Shown piece by piece: positions 22,758-34,611 of a stretch of DNA of 64,000 nucleotides; position 1 is the stretch's first letter; each line of letters starts with the position of its first letter. The notes beneath the pieces are model-generated. The model saw nothing but the letters and a program-made list of their open reading frames with translations, made no database searches and was not told the DNA's origin. A program made the position numbers and the translations under genes. Source of the stretch: Cyanophora paradoxa CCMP329 (lineage: Eukaryota; Plantae; Glaucophyta); assembly GCA_004431415.1 (NCBI GenBank), contig QPMI01000095.1, positions 340,780 to 404,779 of the forward strand. Reading direction: 5' to 3'.

Positions 22758-25700
22758 CTAGGCGAGAGCGGGGGCGGGGTCCTCGGGGGGAAGGTGTGGG
22801 AGAAGGAAGGCCCAGGGGACGCGCTGGTGCCAGGGGCCGCCGGCGCCGGCCCCGCCCTGGGCCCCGAGGCGGACGCCCTCGGGGAGGCCCGGGGCGGCGA
22901 GGAGGCGGGCGGCGAGGGCGCGCAGCAGGGGCGCCCCCGGCGGGGCCTGCGCCTCCGCCGCGAGCGCCGAGGCGGCGAGGAGCGCCACGGGGCTCACCAC
23001 GCCGCTCACCGGCCGCCCCAGGTACCCCTCGGAGCCGCCGCGCTGCGCCGCCCCGCCGGCGAACGCCCAGCGCGCCGCGGGGCCCGCCTGCCGGCGCGTC
23101 GGCCTCGGGGGGCGGGGCGGGGGCGGGGCGGGGCGGGGCGGACGTGGCGAGGCGGAGGGCGAGCTCGAGGGGGGCGGCGGCGCGGGCGAGGTCGGCCTCG
23201 GCGAGGAGGCCCCGCGCAGCGAGCACCACCAGCAGCCGCCCCGCCGCCACCACCGCCCCCGCGCTCCGCCCCGGCCGCGAGAAGTCCGCCCCCCCGACCA
23301 GCCCCGCCGCCACGCACCTGCCCGCCCCGCTCAGGCCGGCGCGGGCGGCGGGGGCGGGGTTGGGGCGCACTCGGCGGCGGCCTCGGCGAGGCGGGCGGCG
23401 GCGGGGCCGGCGGCAACAACGGGGAGGGCGGCGTCGAGGACGGCTCCCGCCGCCTCCGCCTCGCCGGACAGGGGCGGCCCCTCCGCGGGGACGAGGCCGT
23501 CGTCGGTGACGAGGGGGCCGCGGAGGATGCCGGCGGCGGCGCGCCAGGCGCGGTCCACGAGCTCCACCGCCGCCTCCGTCGCCGCCATCGCCCCCGCCAC
23601 CCCCGCCCCCGCCCCGCCCCCGCCGCCACCCGCCCCGCAAAGGCCACCGCGTAGCCAGCCGCTCGGTCCGCCGCCGCGGCGTCGTCGGGGGCGGGGCCGG
23701 GGGCCGGGGCGGGCGGCGCAGCGGAGGGCGAAGCGGAGGGCAACCTGGGCGAGGGCGGCGGGGACGAGGGGCCCGTCGTGCGCCCCGGGGCCCTCCTCGG
23801 GGGCACCCCGCCGCCCCCGGCCCCCCCGCCGCACGAGGCGAGCCACGCGCCGAGGTGCCGCCCGTGCACCTGCCGGCGCCCCCTCAACCGCCTCGCAGCG
23901 AGGCCACGGGGGGCGGGGGTGGAGGCCCGGGGGCACCTCCCAGAGTGCCTGCAGGAGGGCGTCGCGGGCCTCGCAGGGCCCCGGCCACAGGTGGAGCCGC
24001 CGCAGCAGCTCGAAGCGCCGGCACGCCCTGCACGCACCGCTTGTCGGGGGCGGGGCGGGGCGGGGCGGGGCGGGGCGGGGGCCGCACATGACGACGGAGC
24101 CCATGGAGAGGGCGTCGGGCCGCAGCTGCCGACCCGCTCCCTGAGCCGCCGCGCGGGGGGCGGCACGGGGGGCGCACCGAGGCGGGGAGGGTGAGGTCGA
24201 ACTCGAAGTGCTGCGGGGGCCGGTGCCCCGCGGGGCCGGCGAAGGGGTCGCGGGGCACGGCGACGCGGCCGGTGTCGAGGGGGAAGGGGCCGGGCCCGTG
24301 GAGGGCCTCGTCGCGGGCCCCCTCCCGGAAGAGCGCCTCGAGCGCCTCCTCCATCTCCCCCTGCGCGTCCTCGTGCAGCTCCGCCAGCGCCGCCGAGGGC
24401 GGCTCCGAGCAGAGGCGCTCCGCCAGCCGCGCGAGGCGCTCGGGGGGCCCGGCGACGAGGGCGGCGAGGGCGGCGGGGCGGCGGAATGCTGCGGCCTCGA
24501 GGAGGGCCGCCGCCTCGAGGGCGTCCCCCGCGGCCCCGCCCCGCCCCACGGCGCGCGCGAGGAGGGCGGCGAGGAGGGCGGGGGCGGGCGGGGCGGCGGG
24601 GGCGCGGATCGCGGAGGCCCGCGCCGCGGGCGGCGTCGCCGAGGTCGAGGGCCGTCGCCAGGCGCCCCCACGCCGCCACGTCCACCCCCACCTCCCCCGC
24701 CTCCACCCTGCCCCCCGCACCCGCCCTCAGCCCCGTCCCGCGCGCGGCGCAGGGCGGCGGGGGGCGCGCCTGCGCAGGAGCCACTCGAGGAGGGCGGCGA
24801 GGAGAGCGGGGCGGGTGGCGAGGGCGGCGCGGGGGGCCCCGGGGGGCGGCTCCTCCTCGACGGGGCGCCCCTCGTCGTCGGCGCGCTCGAGGAGCTCGCG
24901 GTACTGCCCCCGCGCCCCGCCCAGCGCGTCCCACTCGATCGCAGCCACGGCGGCGGCGCCGAGAGCGCGGGCCGGCGCCCGGGCCGTCGCCGGGCGGACG
25001 GCGAGGCCGGCGGCGAAGGCGTCCAGCAGGCGGCCGGCGGCCGGCCCCTCCCAGCCGGCCCCCGCCCCGCCCGCCTGCTCGGGCGCCTCGAGCGGGGCGG
25101 GGGCGTCCGGTGCCTCGGGGGCCCCTCGGCGGCGAGCCCCGCGACGGAGAGGAGGGCGAGGAGGAGGGCGCGGGCGGCGCCGGCGCCGGCCGCGCGGCCC
25201 CAGGCGCGGTAGGCCTCGGCGGCGGCGGCGGAGGCGGCGTCGAGGGCGGGGCCCGGGGCGGGGCGGCGGCGCGCAGGAGGCAGGCCCCCGCGGAGAGGAG
25301 CCCGTAGACGAGCTCCTCGGGGACCTGCCGCCCGTCAGCGCGCGCGGCGGCGCGGGGCGGGAGCAGGGCGCGCCGCCGGCGGGGCTCCCGCGGGGGCGAT
25401 CCAGAGGACGGTGCCTGCGGGGGCGGCGGCGGAGGCGAGGCGGACGGAGGGCCCGGGGGCCTGCGCGTCGGGCCCGAGGAGGCCCGGGGCGGTGGCCTCG
25501 GGGCTCAGGGTGAGGCGCCCCGAGCGGCGCTCGGCGAGGCTCCGCAGGCACTCCTCCGGCACGAAGACCCGCTCCTCCGCCACCCCCTCCCCTGCCCCCG
25601 TCCACTCGCCCGGGCGCCCCCCGCGGCCGGCGCGGCGCTGGCGCACCGGAGCCGTCGCAGGGGGAGAGGGCGCGGCGGGCGATGGGGACGCCGTCGAGGT

Positions 25701-28700
25701 CGGCGCGGATGGCGAGGTGGAGCCCCGCCGGCACCGTCTGCCGCCCGTCACGCCCCGGCCCAGCGCGGCGCCCCCGCACGCGCGGCGCGCCTCGGGCCGG
25801 GGAAGACGGCGACGGCGCCGCGCAGCGTTCTCCCGCCAGCGCGGGCGCCTGGGCGGGGGTGAGGGGCGGCGCCGGGGCGCGGGGGCGGGCGGCGCGCCTC
25901 GAAGGTGAGGCGGCCCCAGTGCGGGCTCCCCTCCACGATCCCCACCCGCATCTCCTGCCGCCCCGTCGGCCCCGCCCGCCCCGCGCCGCCCCCGCGCACG
26001 CGCACCAGCGACTTGGGGGCGTCCCCGGGCGGGGCGGGGCCGGGGCGACGGGCGTGCTGACGCCCGCCCAGTCGCGCACCGTCTCCGCCTCGCGCCGCAG
26101 GAGCGCCCCCACCGCCCCGAAGAGCCGCCCCGCCGCAGCCGCCGCCGCCCCGGGGGCCAGGCCGAGGGCGCGGAGAAGGGCGGGCAGGCGGGGGGCCAGC
26201 GGAAGGCGGGGAGGGCGGAGGCGGCGAGGAGGGCGTCGGCTGCGGCGGCGGCGAGGGGCTCCTCGGGGGGCACTCGAGGAGGGCGGCGAGGGCGCGCTCG
26301 CCGGCCGCCTGCGCCAGCTCCCGCCCCGCTGCTCCCGCCCCGCCCCTCCCGCCGCAGCACCGCGGCGGCGGTGTGCAGGGCGGCGGCGGCGCGCAGGGCG
26401 GCGGGGCCCGGGAGGTCGGGGCGGCGCGCGAGGCCGAGGGCGCAGGCGGCGGCGGCGAAGGCGGCGGGGAGGGCGTCGGGGCGGCGGGGAGAACGGGCAT
26501 GGCGGGGCCTCCTCGGCGGGGAGGAGGGCGGCGCGGGTGCCGGCGCAGGCCCCCGCGAGGCCCTCGTCCCCGAAGCCGGCCCCCGCAGCCGCAGCACGCA
26601 CCCGCACAGCTCCGCCAGGCGCCCCCAGGGGCCGGCCCCGCCGCCTCCCGCCCGAACCCCTCCGCCAGCGCCGCCAGCGCCTGCGCCGGGGCTCGGGGCG
26701 GGGGCGGGGCGGGGCGGGCGGGGGCGGACCTCGTGGATGAAGCCGGCCCAGCGGGGGAGGGCGGCGGCGGCGGCGGGCCCCTCGCGCTCCGCGTACGCCA
26801 GCACCGCCTCCGCGGGGGCCAGCCACGCGCACACCCCCGCCTCCGCCCCGCCCCCGCCCGCCCCCGCACCTCCCCCGCCCCGCCCTCCCCGCCACCCGCC
26901 CCGGCCTCGCCCCCGCCCGCGGCGACCTCGCCTCCCGAACCCGTCCCTTCGCCTCCGGCCGGCGCCGCCTCACGCCCGCCGGGAGCCGCGGCTGCCGGCT
27001 CGGCGGTGGGGACTGGGGGACTGGGTGGCCTGGTCGGAGATAGCGCAGCGGAGGGCTGCGCGGAGGAGTGCTGCGACGGCCTCGAGAGCGCGCAGCCGCT
27101 CCGCGCTCGCCGGCTCCGCGCAGAGGTGCCCCGCTGCGGCGGCGGCGGCGGCGACGGTGGCGGCGATCTCGCGCGCGCCGGCGGGGCCGCGCCAGCCGGC
27201 GGCGGCGAAGAGGAGGAGGTCGCGCAGGGCGGCCGCCGCCCACGCGCGCAGCCCCGGCTCGAGGCCGGCGGCCGCGAGGGCCGTCCGCCCGTAAAGCAGC
27301 CTGCGGCGCGTCGCGCGGGGCGGCGGGGCGGCGAGCACGGCAGGCGCACCACTTGGGCCAGTGGCGGCGGGGCGTGGAGGCGGCGAGCGGGGCGGCGGCG
27401 GCGTGGAAGAGGAGGAGGGCGGGGGCGGGGGCGGCCGGGGCGGCCTCGAAGGCCTCCTCGGCGAGGTGCACGACGTTGCGCACGCCGAGCGCCCGCAGCG
27501 CCGCCTCTCGCGCCGGCGCCGCCGGCGGGCCCCGCCCCGTCGCCCGCAGGAACCCGGCGGCGCCGCGGGCGAGGGCGAGGAGGAGGGCGGGCGGTGGCGC
27601 CCGAGGGTGCGGGCCCACTCGAGGGCGGCGACGGGACCGTTCTCCCAGGGCCCCTCGGTCGCCCCCGCCGCCTCCGGGTGGCTCCAGTAGCACGCCCCGC
27701 CAGCCCCGCCACCGCCCCCAGGAACCTGCGCCGCCCTGAGCCCCCGCCCCGCCCACCGGCCCCGCCGCACGCGCACCGGCCCGGGGCGGCCCCGTCGGAG
27801 GCCCGCGCGAGGAGGCGGCGCAGGAGGCGGCCCCAGGGGGCCCCTCCTCCTCCTCCTCCTCCCCCGAGGCGCCTCCGAGCGCGGCGGAGGCGGCGCGCCC
27901 GAAGGCGGCGCGGGCGCGGCGCGGGGCGGCGGCGTGCAGGGCCGCCATCGCCTGCGGCGTGCCGGCGCGCGAGCCGGCCCCGACGGCCGCCGCCGCGATC
28001 GCCGGCAGCGGCCCCGCCGCCGCCCCCTCGTGCGCCGCCCGCTCCTCCAGGAAGGCCCGCAGCTTCCCCAGAGCGCCCGCCGCCCCTGCGCCCCGGAGCG
28101 TCACCCCCGCTGGGGCACCAGGCACCGGAGCCCCGCGCCACGCGGCCGCACCCTTCTTGGCCCGCCGCCGGGCGATCGCCGCCAGCGCCTCCGCCTCCTC
28201 GTCCTCGCCCTCGCCCTCCGCCCCCTCGCTCCCCGCGCCATCGCCGCCGCCCGCGCGCCGCAGCCGCTTCGCTGCGCGCCCCCCGTCCTCCGCGTTCTCC
28301 GCTGCAGCCGCATCGCCGTCCTCCGCAGCGCCGCTCTTCCGCTTCCGCTTCTTCTTCTTCCGCTTCTTGCGCGCCTTCTCGGCGCTCGCCGCCGCCGCCT
28401 GCTCCGCGCCCTCCCCCGCGCTCTCCGCACCCGCCGGGGCGCTGCTCGGCCCGCCCTCGACGGTCGTCGCGGCCGACGCAGCGCTCGACCTCTTCCGCTT
28501 CTTCTTCTGTCCGCGTCGGCGTGAGCGGCGAGCGCTGGACCGGCCGCAGGGGCGCACCTTCTTCTTCTTCTTCTTGTCTGCAGCGGCAGCCTGAGTCACG
28601 CCGGTCCCTCCATGCTCCTCCAAGCCATCATCAGGCGCCGCCTCGCCAGCAGCGGCAGTGTGCTCATCGCCGGACTCGGGCGCGTCGGCGAACTGCAGCG

Positions 28701-28864
28701 GAGCGTTCGCACGGTCAGCGATCGGCGCGCGCGCGCCACAGGACGTCAAGCGGGCGTACGCAGGAGCCTGCAGCGCCTCCGTCGTCGCCCGCGGCGTACT
28801 CGGCCTCGTCGGATCGCCGTACGTGATCTCCGAACTCGTACTCCGCCTCATCGCTCGAGCTCAT
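22758..28864 (-). CDS. Large hypothetical protein (Lys-rich N-terminus, Ala-rich helical body; many exons)
   Basis: ATG MSSSDEAEYEF, KKKRKR basic tracts, continuous GC3-biased exons separated by typical short introns. The 3' end and exon structure are approximate. Confidence 0.55.
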
Positions 28865-28991
28865 CGCCGGCGTCTTGCAGGCGCGATGAGGCTGAAGCCT
28901 CGCAGCGGGGACTGGAATGAACGTCGAAGTTGGAACTTGGAAGTTGGAAGTTGGAACGTCGGAGGGAGGATACGGCATTAATCTGAAAACA

Positions 28992-31900
28992 ATGTTCGCA
29001 GCTCCGTTCGTCGTCGTTCCCGGCGCGCCCGCGCGCGCCGCTGGCCTTCCTGTGCGCCGCGCATTTGCTGGGAAGCCCTTGCGTTGCGTGCAGGCGCCGC
29101 GCCAGAAGCTGAGCGTCCCGTCTCTCCCCGGCTCTCCCACTCGGAGCGGCGCGCCCGGTCGGCGCATTCATTGTTATTATAAAACTTACTTCAATTAAAA
29201 TGCAGCGAGCTTCCACGCCAGCGCAAAGCCGGGCTTCCCCGATGAGTACCGACGCACAATTTGGCTGCTGGAAGGTTCGTTACCCGGCTGTGGTTGCCGC
29301 TGCCGGGCACGCTCTTACTCCCGAGCAGGAGTCCGGCCCGCTACGCGCCCCCAGCTCCCACGGGACGTCACCTCCGCAGACGTCATCGTCGTTGGCGCCG
29401 GGTAAATCCATACCTTGTTCTTTTGCTGCATCAAGAATGTACTCATCATCTGGATATTCAGTATTGCGGGATTGACATTGGTGCGCTGCTGCTCTCGCGA
29501 GCTCTCCCGCGGTTGCTGGCGTCGACGCGGTCGCGCAGGCGTACGAGCTGCTGAAGAAGGGCGTCAAGGACGTCCTCGTGCTGGAGGCGCGCTCCGTCAG
29601 CGGCGGCATGACCGGGCGAACTACGGCTCACCTTATGACCAGCTGGGACGGTCCGGGATCCGCGCCGGCGCCGCGCCGCCCCCTCGCGCCGGCAGAACGC
29701 GCGCCGCGCAGACCGCTACTTCGAGGCGGAGAAAGAGTTGGGGCGGGAGCGGACGCGGGTGCTGGCGGAGAGCCTCGTGGGGGCGGTGGACCGTATCGAG
29801 GCGATCGTGAAGGAGGCCGGCATCCAGTGCGACTTCAGCCGCCTCCCCGGTGCACCCGCCCCGCCCCGGCGCCCCCCGCCCGAGGCCGCCCGCCGAGGGG
29901 GGGCAGGGCACCTGTTCCTGGGCGAGGGGCAGGGCGAGGAGATCCTGCGGCGCGAGCTGGACGCCGCCACCCGGTGCGCGCCCCGCGGCCCCACGCCCCG
30001 CCCCGGGCGCCGAGGCGGGGCCGCGCAGGGCGGGAATCAAGGGGCTACAGCTGGAGCGGTACACCGACACGACGGCGGTGCGGGGCTTCGGGCGCGTGCT
30101 CACCTTCCCCGGCCAGGGCCAGTTCGACCCGGTGCGCCGGCCCCCCGCGGTACCCCGCCTCGCGGCGCGATGCGGGGCGGGGCGCAGGTGAAGTACACGG
30201 ACGGGCTGGCGCGGGCGGTGGAGCGGCTCGGGGGGCGCATCTTCGAGGGGACGCGCGTCGCCCACGCCCGCGGCGGCTGCGTCGCCACCGGCGACGGTCG
30301 CGAGCTCTCTGCCGGCGCCGTCGCCCTCTGCACCAACTCCCCCATCGTCCGCGAGCCCCTCCTCCACATGAAGCAGGCCCGCGCCCCGCCCCGCCTTGCC
30401 CGCCCTCGCCCCGCGTGACGCGGGCGCCGCAGTCGCCCTACCGCACGTACGCCGTCGCGGGCCGCGTGCCCCGCGGCTCCGTTCCCCCCGCTGTGCGCCC
30501 GCCCCTCCTGCCCGGCCCTCTCCGGCGCGCCTCTGAGGCGGCGGCAGCTCTTCTGGAGCACAGAGGACCCCTATACCTACGGTCTGCCCCCCTGCTCGCC
30601 CGCTCCCCCGCCCCGCCCCCGGCGCACGAGGCGACTGGCCGCAGTGCGGCTGCAGCCGACGCCGGCCTTTGACTACATCATCACCGGCGGGGGCGACCAC
30701 CGGTGCGCCGAACCCCTCCGTCCCCACCCGTCCGCCCTCCCCCCACCGCGCCCCGCGCAGCTCGGGCCACACGCCGGAGGTGCCGGGGCGCTTTCGCGGG
30801 GCGGGGCGGGGCGGGGCGGGCGGGGCGGGGCCGAGGTGCAGGGCGCGCGCAGGACCCCGGTTCGGTCTTCGAAGACCTGGTGCCCGCCTTCTCCCCTTGG
30901 GCTCTCGGGGGAGCTGGGGGACACGGGGCGGCAGGTGCGGTGGACGAAGGCGCACTTCCCCCTCGCCGACCGCTTCGACTGGCGCTGGTCCGGCCAGGCT
31001 CGCGCCTCCTCCGGGCCCCGCCGCCTCTGCCGGGCCGCTAGTGCTAGTCTGTCTTGAACAGTGCTAGTAGAGGCCGACGGACACGCGGCCGAGGCTCGCG
31101 AGGCTCCGCTGTGCGAGCGTCACCGCCCATTGGTGGGGGAAGAGGAACCGGGGGGTACCTCGGAGCACTCGAAAGGGGATCAAATCGGCGTAGCGTGGCG
31201 GGCGCGCCCCGGAGGTCGGCGGCGCTAGCGCGACTCGAGGAAGTAGGGAAGGAGCGATGTCGGGCCTGCCGTTCGTCTACGTACCGTACGCGGGACCCCC
31301 AGGTGGGGACGCCATGCCGGGGCCGCGCCGAGCGCCCCGCCTGCGCTGCCGCCGGCTGAGGTTGTCGCGTGCGTGCGTGCAGGGGCCCCTCCGCCTGTGC
31401 CCGGAAGCATCGTGCGCTGCAGAGCCCCGATGTCTATCGATGTCTATCTCTCCCCCTTGCGCGCGCGGCTTCGCCGCTTCGTGTCCCTTCATTTACGAGC
31501 TCGGGATCCGCGTGCGCTCGATTCGGGCGCAGGGCTTGGGGTCCGGGCGGCCCCCGCTGCCTCCGCCGCCTATCATCTAGACGCATCCTCGCCGCCCTCA
31601 TCGCAGGCCCCCGCCCGCCCGCCCCGCCCCGGCCTGCGGCGGGCGGCGAGCGGGCTGCAGGGGAGGAGCACCCTTGGGCGGCCCTCTACGACCCCAAGCA
31701 CCTCAAGATCGGTGCGTTCGTCGGCCCCGCCGGCGGCTCCTTGTGCGGGAGCGAGCGGGGGGGCGGTGCGTGCAGACACGAGCTCGCTGCCGGACCTGGT
31801 GGAGCACACGGCGGCGACGGCGGGCGGTTACGCGGGGGCCGTCCTGCCCCGCCCGCCATTCTCCGCCCGCTCCCTCGACCCGGGCTCCGGCGCCCTCGTC

Positions 31901-32371
31901 CACGACCCGCTCCCCGTGCCCGCCCCGCCCCCCGCCCCCGGCGGCCCCTCACCCGGCGGCAGACGGCGGCCTTCAAGGACGAGGCCGGCGCCACACACGT
32001 CCACTCGGGTGCCGGCCCCGCCCCCCCCCCGCCCGCCCCCGCCCCCGCCGTCCCCGCCGAGCAGCCGAGCTCAGCGATCTGCCCGCACCTTGGATGTGCG
32101 GTCGAGTACAACCCCGTCGAGAAGGCCCGCCCCTGCCCCGCGCTCGCCACCGCGCCCGCCGGCCGCCGCCGTCGGTGACGCAGGGCGGGCGGGGCGGGTG
32201 CAGACGTTCGACTGCCCGTGCCACGGCTCCATCTTCGACGCGGACGGGGCCGTCCTCAACGGGCCCGCCACCTCCAGCCTCCACCCCGCCCCCTTCTCCC
32301 ACGGCGCCGACGCCCCCGCCCCGCCGCCCTCCGCCCCCAACGCCCCGCCCCCCAAGAAGGAGACCCTCTGA
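28992..32371 (+). CDS. FAD-dependent oxidoreductase (DAO-like) with a C-terminal Rieske 2Fe-2S domain (YhfW-like) and a putative plastid transit peptide; the middle part looks degenerate
   Basis: MFAAPFVVVPG presequence; DVIVVGAGIAGLTLAYEL, GGMTGRTTAHL, QGQFDPVKY, GGGDH, WRWSGQ, HPWAALYDP, CPHLGC, FDCPCHGSIFD..G.VLNGPA. Confidence 0.88.
29402..29461 (+). other. 60-nt GT-AG intron made of antisense plastid-type ferredoxin (petF) DNA
   Basis: Removing it restores GAG|IAG; read-through gives an immediate TAA. The reverse strand reads EYPDDEYILDAAKEQGMDLP in AT-rich codons. Confidence 0.9.
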
Positions 32372-32457
32372 CCCGGCGAATTCCTTTGTAGGGTGCCGGT
32401 CCGCCCAATGTTGATGTGCGGGTTCTTCTTTGTGCCCTTCTGTTGAATTTATTCTGA

Positions 32458-33668
32458 TCATGAGCAAACGTAGCCTGCGCATGCAGCTGCTAGAGATGCC
32501 TCCCCAAGCTTGCGCACTCCGAATTGCTCAGCAGCTGGCGACGTCGACCGCGAGGGCAGGCTCGAGCTCGGCTCGAGCTCACTCCTCGAGCCACTGCGCA
32601 CGCGTACGCACCAACCGTGAGGCCTTGGCGATCGAAAGCGGGTACATGCACAGGGCCCGGGGGAAGGACGGACGGAGCTCTCGGTGGCGAGCGCGTATAC
32701 CGACGTTAGCTGAAAACGTTGAGCCGGACCGACCCGGCACAGAATGTGCCCTGCCTCCAGATCATACCGCAGCCGTTTTATCAGCTGCGGGGCGGGGCGA
32801 TCCAGAAACGTAAGTACTAGTTCATTCATAATCCGATGATCAAATTAAATGAACAGGCTCTGGGACATGTACAGGCTTTAGATCTGGGACCGGCTAGCGC
32901 GCGATTCACGGAACCTGCGTGAAGGCAGCGTGCCGGGGGCGCGTAGAGTGCAGCTCCCGCAGGTGAGGCCGCGTGATGAACGAGTAGAGCACGAAGCAAA
33001 TCTATTTTGTGTGTGAAAACTCGATCGATGGGCGGGCGCGGGAACTCCGATCGCGAGAGGGGCCGGCGCACGCGAGCCAAGCTGTTCTCCTCGTCGGGGT
33101 CGAGCATGCGACTCCCGCGGCGGTCGATGCCGTGCAGCAGGCCCTCCACCGTCTCCAGTCCGTGCAAAATCGCCGTGACTGCGCACGGCTTCAGCGCGCG
33201 TGCAGGGAGGCCATATATATGCATGCATGGCCACGTGCCATTCAAGAGATGGGTCTCGTCAAGGACGTGACGCTCGAGGAAATCGGCAGCCGCGACCAGC
33301 GTTGGAAGTTGCGGCATATAGAGATGCCGGAAAGAGCGTGAGTCCGGGTGGTGGACAGCGCTGCAGGCGACGCCGGCGTCGCCGATATGCATTTTTTGCG
33401 GGGTCAAGGTCTGCGCCGCGGCGCGAAAAAATCAATTCGAGCGAAATCGGGGGTCAAAGCTCTAAATCTGCGCAAAATCACTGACCGGCGCGTTTTCCGT
33501 GGGTGGGATCGGAGGCGACGCGTAGAGCGCTTCCGCGGGGACCCTACGAGCGTGCTCGTCCGCGCAGCACGTCGCGATCGGGATCCGCTGGCCATGGGGG
33601 GCCGATGGCACGTACGCATACGGCCCCGCGCGCGCGAAAGGGTCGTCCGACGGAAGAAAGCGCGCCAT
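32458..33668 (-). CDS. Hypothetical protein, lower GC, multi-exon
   Basis: Plausible exons MARFLPSDDPF..., ...HLYMPQLPTLVAAADFLERHVLDETHLL..., ...QLIKRLRYDLEAGHILCR. No family recognised; boundaries uncertain. Confidence 0.4.
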
Positions 33669-33959
33669 GGATCAGCTGCGCATGCCGGTACCCCGATGCA
33701 TTTGCACGTGCACAGTGTGCTGCGCATGCGCCTTGCAACTGCAAGGCGCACAGCAATCGGAGCATCCTGCTGAGTTGCGCCCCAGAACGGCGATTCCCGC
33801 GGGCTTCTGGGCGGGGAGCCGGATGCGGCATCGGCGGCCGCCACCGCTCGCTTGAGCTCCTAGATCCTGGCAGGAGTGCACGTCGCCTCGGGGGTTGCGG
33901 GCGGTAGTTGGGGCGCTAGTGGAAGGCGGCGTGGCGACTTGCGCGCGAAGCTAAGCTTC

Positions 33960-34082
33960 CTGCGCGGAGCTACGCGGCGCGGGGAATGGGGAATGCGTAC
34001 ATCGGTCTTCGTCCAACTGCCGCAGCACCTCTCCGATGATTTGCCCCACGCTTTGCAGCGCCTTGAGGTCATCCTCGGTCTC
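33960..34082 (-). pseudogene. RPT4: Isolated fragment of 26S proteasome ATPase RPT4/PSMC6 (one partial exon plus the following intron)
   Basis: 34082-34001 translates [26 protein letters not shown] and is followed by a gtacgc...gcgcag intron. No further RPT4 sequence follows. Confidence 0.85.
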
Positions 34083-34119
34083 ATCTTTGCAGCCAGCGCA
34101 TGCGAAGGAAGGACTAGAT

Positions 34120-34323
34120 GAGGACGGTGCCTGCGGGGGCGGCGGCGGAGGCGAGGCGGACGGAGGGCCCGGGGGCCTGCGCGTCGGGCCCGAGGAGGCC
34201 CGGGGCGGTGGCCTCGGGGCTCAGGGTGAGGCGCCCCGAGCGGCGCTCGGCGAGGCTCCGCAGGCACTCCTCCGGCACGAAGACCCGCTCCTCCGCCACC
34301 CCCTCCCCTGCCCCCGGCCACTC
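34120..34323 (-). repeat. Near-identical 204-bp copy of 25404-25607 (intron 3' end plus partial exon of the large hypothetical gene)
   Basis: Identical from gaggacggtgcctgcggggg to cccctgcccccg, then one mismatch followed by ccactc; same orientation. Confidence 0.95.
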
Positions 34324-34543
34324 CTCCTTCCTCCTCCGGATCCTCCTTAGGGCAGCATTCCTCCTCCTTAGCGGCCAGTCCGTGGCGGGAACGGGCGAGC
34401 CTCCGGGCACGGCCCGCACCTTTGATCTTTCGATCTTAAGCCCGTAGGGCAAGTAGATATAGGTTTCGATCTCGAGCTTCGGCATTCGATTTCGATTTTC
34501 GACGTCGCTTGCCTATCTGTCTGAGCCCTTACGATTCGACCGG

Positions 34544-34611
34544 CGGCCCACTGCTAGCCAAACAGCTACTAGGGCTAGTCCAGATGTCCGACGGTCGTTG
34601 GTCGTGTCTGA
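34544..34611 (+). repeat. Dispersed ~60-bp repeat, copy 1 (inverted copy at 53566-53625)
   Basis: cggcccactgctagccaaacagctactagggctagtccagatgtc[cgacggtc]gttggtcgtgtctga; the second copy lacks the 8-bp insert. Confidence 0.9.

Noticed and set aside
24727-28851. 1374-aa ORF and other long Arg/Gly/Pro/Ala-rich ORFs as single proteins or overlapping antisense genes
   Set aside because: Stop codons are rare at this GC content; these ORFs run through introns and change real frame.
29280-29609. A nuclear ferredoxin gene on the minus strand
   Set aside because: Only 20 codons match, the Cys ligands are absent and the match coincides exactly with the host intron.
33727-33750. 11-bp-arm palindrome as a terminator or operator
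   Set aside because: Eukaryotic context and palindromes are abundant here; no independent support.
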